The translations under genes were made by a program, and so were the position numbers. This document shows, in pieces, positions 36,561 through 39,118 of a DNA stretch of 39,118 bases. The DNA is taken from contig CAZBBK010000057.1 in the NCBI GenBank assembly GCA_964490075.1, positions 1 through 39,118 of the forward strand, given 5' to 3'. This DNA comes from an uncultured Gemmatimonadota bacterium (GTDB taxonomy: Bacteria > GCA-2686955). Below the pieces are notes generated by a model. That model was not told where the DNA came from. It saw nothing but the letters and a program-made list of their open reading frames with translations, and searched no databases. Numbering within the stretch: the stretch's first letter is position 1; the number at the start of each line of letters is the position of its first letter.

Positions 36561-37640
36561 ATGTCGCAACTATTGGCCATATTCGCCCTATTCGCCAGTG
36601 GAAGCGCGGCGTTCGCGTATCAGCAGGGGTTCAACTGCGGGGGAACCAAGACCCGAACGATGGGCGATGGGGTGGTCTACACGAAGGACCGAGCCTACTC
36701 ACAGACCAACGGATCGGGCTATGTAGGGGGCCAAGCCGTTCAACCCGATCTACTCGCCCGGTTGAATCCTCTCGGAGGGATCGTTCCGGGAGTTCAGGCG
36801 CGCAACATCGTCTCTTCGCGGAGGGTCGGGTGGCAGGAGTACCGATTCGATCTGCCGCAGGGTCGCTATCTCGTGTCGTTCCACTTCATGGAATGGTCGC
36901 AGCATTGGAGCGGTGTACGGGTATTCGACATCGAGGTCGAGGGGGAAGTGCTTTTGGATGACTTCGACATCTTCGGCGAGGTCGACCGTCTATATGCACT
37001 CAATCTGCGTCGCGTCGTAGACGTCGACGACGGCTCGCTCAACATCATCGCCAGGGCGATCGAAGAAGAGTCTCTTCTTGCGGCGCTTCATGTGGAGAGT
37101 GTTGTAGACGACGGGATCGCGCCGGCGGTTCCCTGGGATGTCGCCGTGGTGCCCGGCTATGCTGAAAACGTGCTCACCTGGACCACCGACTACGATCGAG
37201 ATCAACTCGGTGTGGCGGTTCTACGCAGCACCGATGGCGGACCGGAAGAGATCATCACACCCGACCCCGTTGTCGCGACACGCCATGTCGACTCCGGACT
37301 GGAGCCCGGTCGCGACTATTCCTATCGCTTGGTGGCAATTGACGCGGCCGGAAGCGCTAGCGCGCCCTCGTCGATGGCCTCGGGTGCTCCACTGAGCTCG
37401 GATCAGTCCGATCTGTTGGTCTACGGATTCGAGATGGCGCAGGAGGATCTGATCTGGCTGAACACTCATCGCCAGTCCGATGACTACCTTCCCGCTCTGT
37501 TCTGGACACTCGACGACTTGTGGCCCAATGCGCGCGTTCGCTATCGGGGCAACACATCGAGGTCGAACGTCAAGAAGAACCACAAGATCCGGGTTGATTC
37601 ACCCTTGCCCTCGGGGCACGACGTACTGAATCTGCAGGCG
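36561..37640 (+). pseudogene. Secreted malectin + fibronectin-III + CotH-kinase protein, 3'-truncated by ISCR insertion
   Basis: Signal peptide; FNCGG, Y.V.FHFME, RVFDI.VEG...L..FDIF; FN3 YSYRLVAIDAAG; CotH start VRYRGNTSR...KKNHKI...LNLQA, followed by IS sequence. Confidence 0.75.
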
Positions 37641-37660
37641 GCTAGGAACTTCAAACTGCG
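37640..37660 (-). other. oriIS-like end CGCAGTTTGAAGTTCCTAGCC
   Basis: Resembles the ISCR oriIS pattern G..TTTGAA.TTCCTA and marks the CotH truncation point. Confidence 0.7.
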
Positions 37661-37868
37661 TTTTCTGCATTCCGCCAAGGTAGATTTTGAGAAGGACGAG
37701 AGCTTGATGCGGGAAGGGCGGTGGCGACGGCCGATGTGGCGGGCGACGAGGTCACGCGCCGCGCGCGCAATTGGCCACGGACCAGTGCATCATCGGATAG
37801 TCAGCCCCGATTGGGCAGACCTGTCCATGCCCTCGAGAGAGGTTACCTGCCAGGTCCCAAATTCCTTA

Positions 37869-39081
37869 TCACACGGTCTCATCGAAGAAGAGCATCCCCT
37901 GCGGCGGCGGCCGCGCGGGGGCCGCACATGGCACCTCGGTGGGGATGTCCATCGCGGTGAGGATCTTCTCGATGGTCACTTTCTCGGTGATGAACGCCAC
38001 TAGCCGCAGGCGCCCTTCAGAACACCCCGGGAGAGCAGCTGAGACCACGTCCGCTTCGAGATTTGCCGCGCCGGGAAATCCTCGTATTCAGGGATCTGGT
38101 CCATCGTGTCGTCCGGCAGTGATGAAGGGCTGCGGTCCTCAAGTCCCCGGTGGCCGCAGGCGGTATCCTCGGACTCCTGGCGCGGGACAATCAGCGGGCG
38201 CATCCTCGAGCGCGGCGCGAGCACTCCGTGGAAGTGGATGAGGTGGAGGCGCGGGCGAGGGATCAATGGCACCAGACGCTCCAGAAACTCAAGGGGGGCA
38301 TAATCGACGAAGGTCCGGCCGTTCCTCCAGGCTTTGCGGAAGTTGTATCGCACACTCCCATCGGCGGTGAGCTCCAGACGCTCGGTCGCTATTGGCGGAC
38401 GCGATATGTATTTGCAGAGGCGTTCCAGCGCGGCGCGATCAGCGGCCGGCACGGTGGTTGCCGCGTGCAAATCGAACCCACCGACGCGGGCACCGAAGCG
38501 GCCGCGAATTCTAGCTCTAGCGATCTCTCTTCGGCCGGCGCTGCCCACCGCCCTTCCTCGTCGACCCAGCCCTCGCGCAAAAGTGCTTGCAGTACCTTGT
38601 GGTGGACCTTTTGGACCAACCGATCGAGGTCGTCCGCATTGGGCGGTTCCACTGCGTAGAATAGCGGCTCCGCTCCCGACTCTGAGAAGACACCGTCCAA
38701 GGCCAGCACGTGGAAGTGCAGGTTGAGGCGCAAGTCCGACGAGAAGCGCTGTTCGAAAGTCACCGATCCACACCGAGGCTCGGCTACGCCCTGCGCCCGT
38801 GCCCGGCGTCGCAGCCACGAGAAGAGCACGCGAATGAAAGACCGTAGGATCAGCCGACGGAGCTTCGGCTCATACGCTACCCGGGCGCGTAGGTCGAAGG
38901 GTAGCGTCAAGACCCACTGGCGAACAGGCACGTGAGGGAAGACATGGTCAACGAGGTGCGCGGCGCTCTCCGACATCCGGCGCCCGGTACATGATGGGCA
39001 GAAACCGCGTCCTTTGCAGGAGAAAGGGACCAAGAGGTTGTGGCGGCAGCAGGGGCATTCGATGCGGGCGAAGCCGTGCGC
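37869..39081 (-). pseudogene. IS91/ISCR Y1 HUH transposase with frameshifts and deletions
   Basis: AHGFARIEC..C, FSCKGRGFCPSC, VRQWVL, NLHFHVL, GFDLHAA, RLCKYISRPP, PRPRLHL..FHGVLAP, WSQLL.R, then LVAFITE..IEKIL to TGA 37869. Frame breaks near 38500 and 38020. Confidence 0.88.
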
Positions 39082-39118
39082 TGTTCCATACTATGCATCC
39101 TCCGGATTTCCGCTTCGC
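39082..39118. mobile_element. Probable end of another element interrupting the ISCR transposase
   Basis: Transposase similarity stops abruptly before AHGF; the plus strand then begins TGTTCCATACTATGCATCC. Confidence 0.45.

Larger units (their letters stand above)
37640..39081 (-). mobile_element. ISCR/IS91-family rolling-circle element, decayed
   Basis: HUH transposase with an oriIS-like end about 210 bp downstream of the stop. Confidence 0.85.

Noticed and set aside
37641..38003. C-terminal ~120 aa of ORF 36561..38003 as a real domain
   Set aside because: Read-through into the ISCR end and antisense transposase.

Overview
High-GC bacterial window in two parts. Bases ~1-29,900 are densely packed, mostly intact chromosomal genes: an MNT-type nucleotidyltransferase, DegT aminotransferase, secreted GH13 amylase, M20 and M3 peptidases, an alpha/beta hydrolase, a DASS permease with USP, an epimerase, a GH9 glycosidase, a three-gene operon (cytidylate-kinase-like, TMTC-like GT-C/TPR, O-antigen-ligase/TPR), a DsbD_2/TauE protein, a sulfatase coupled to Lhr helicase, VapBC, Ogt, and a polysaccharide-deacetylase lipoprotein broken by one in-frame TAG. 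Bases ~30,000-39,118 are a visibly less GC-rich stack of nested, mostly decayed mobile elements: three IS21-type remnants (one carrying Zn-finger and ParB-HTH genes), a DUF6431-like/DDE transposase/ExeA-like ATPase transposon, an ISCR/IS91 element with a recognisable oriIS, and another probable element end. Between them lies a passenger segment with a truncated cytochrome c, a SCO protein and a truncated malectin-FN3-CotH gene. I saw no rRNA, tRNA or CRISPR array. The best candidates for an undescribed system are the putative two-transferase protein glycosylation operon and the two unusual multi-gene transposons. All calls come from motif reading by eye; no database searches were run.
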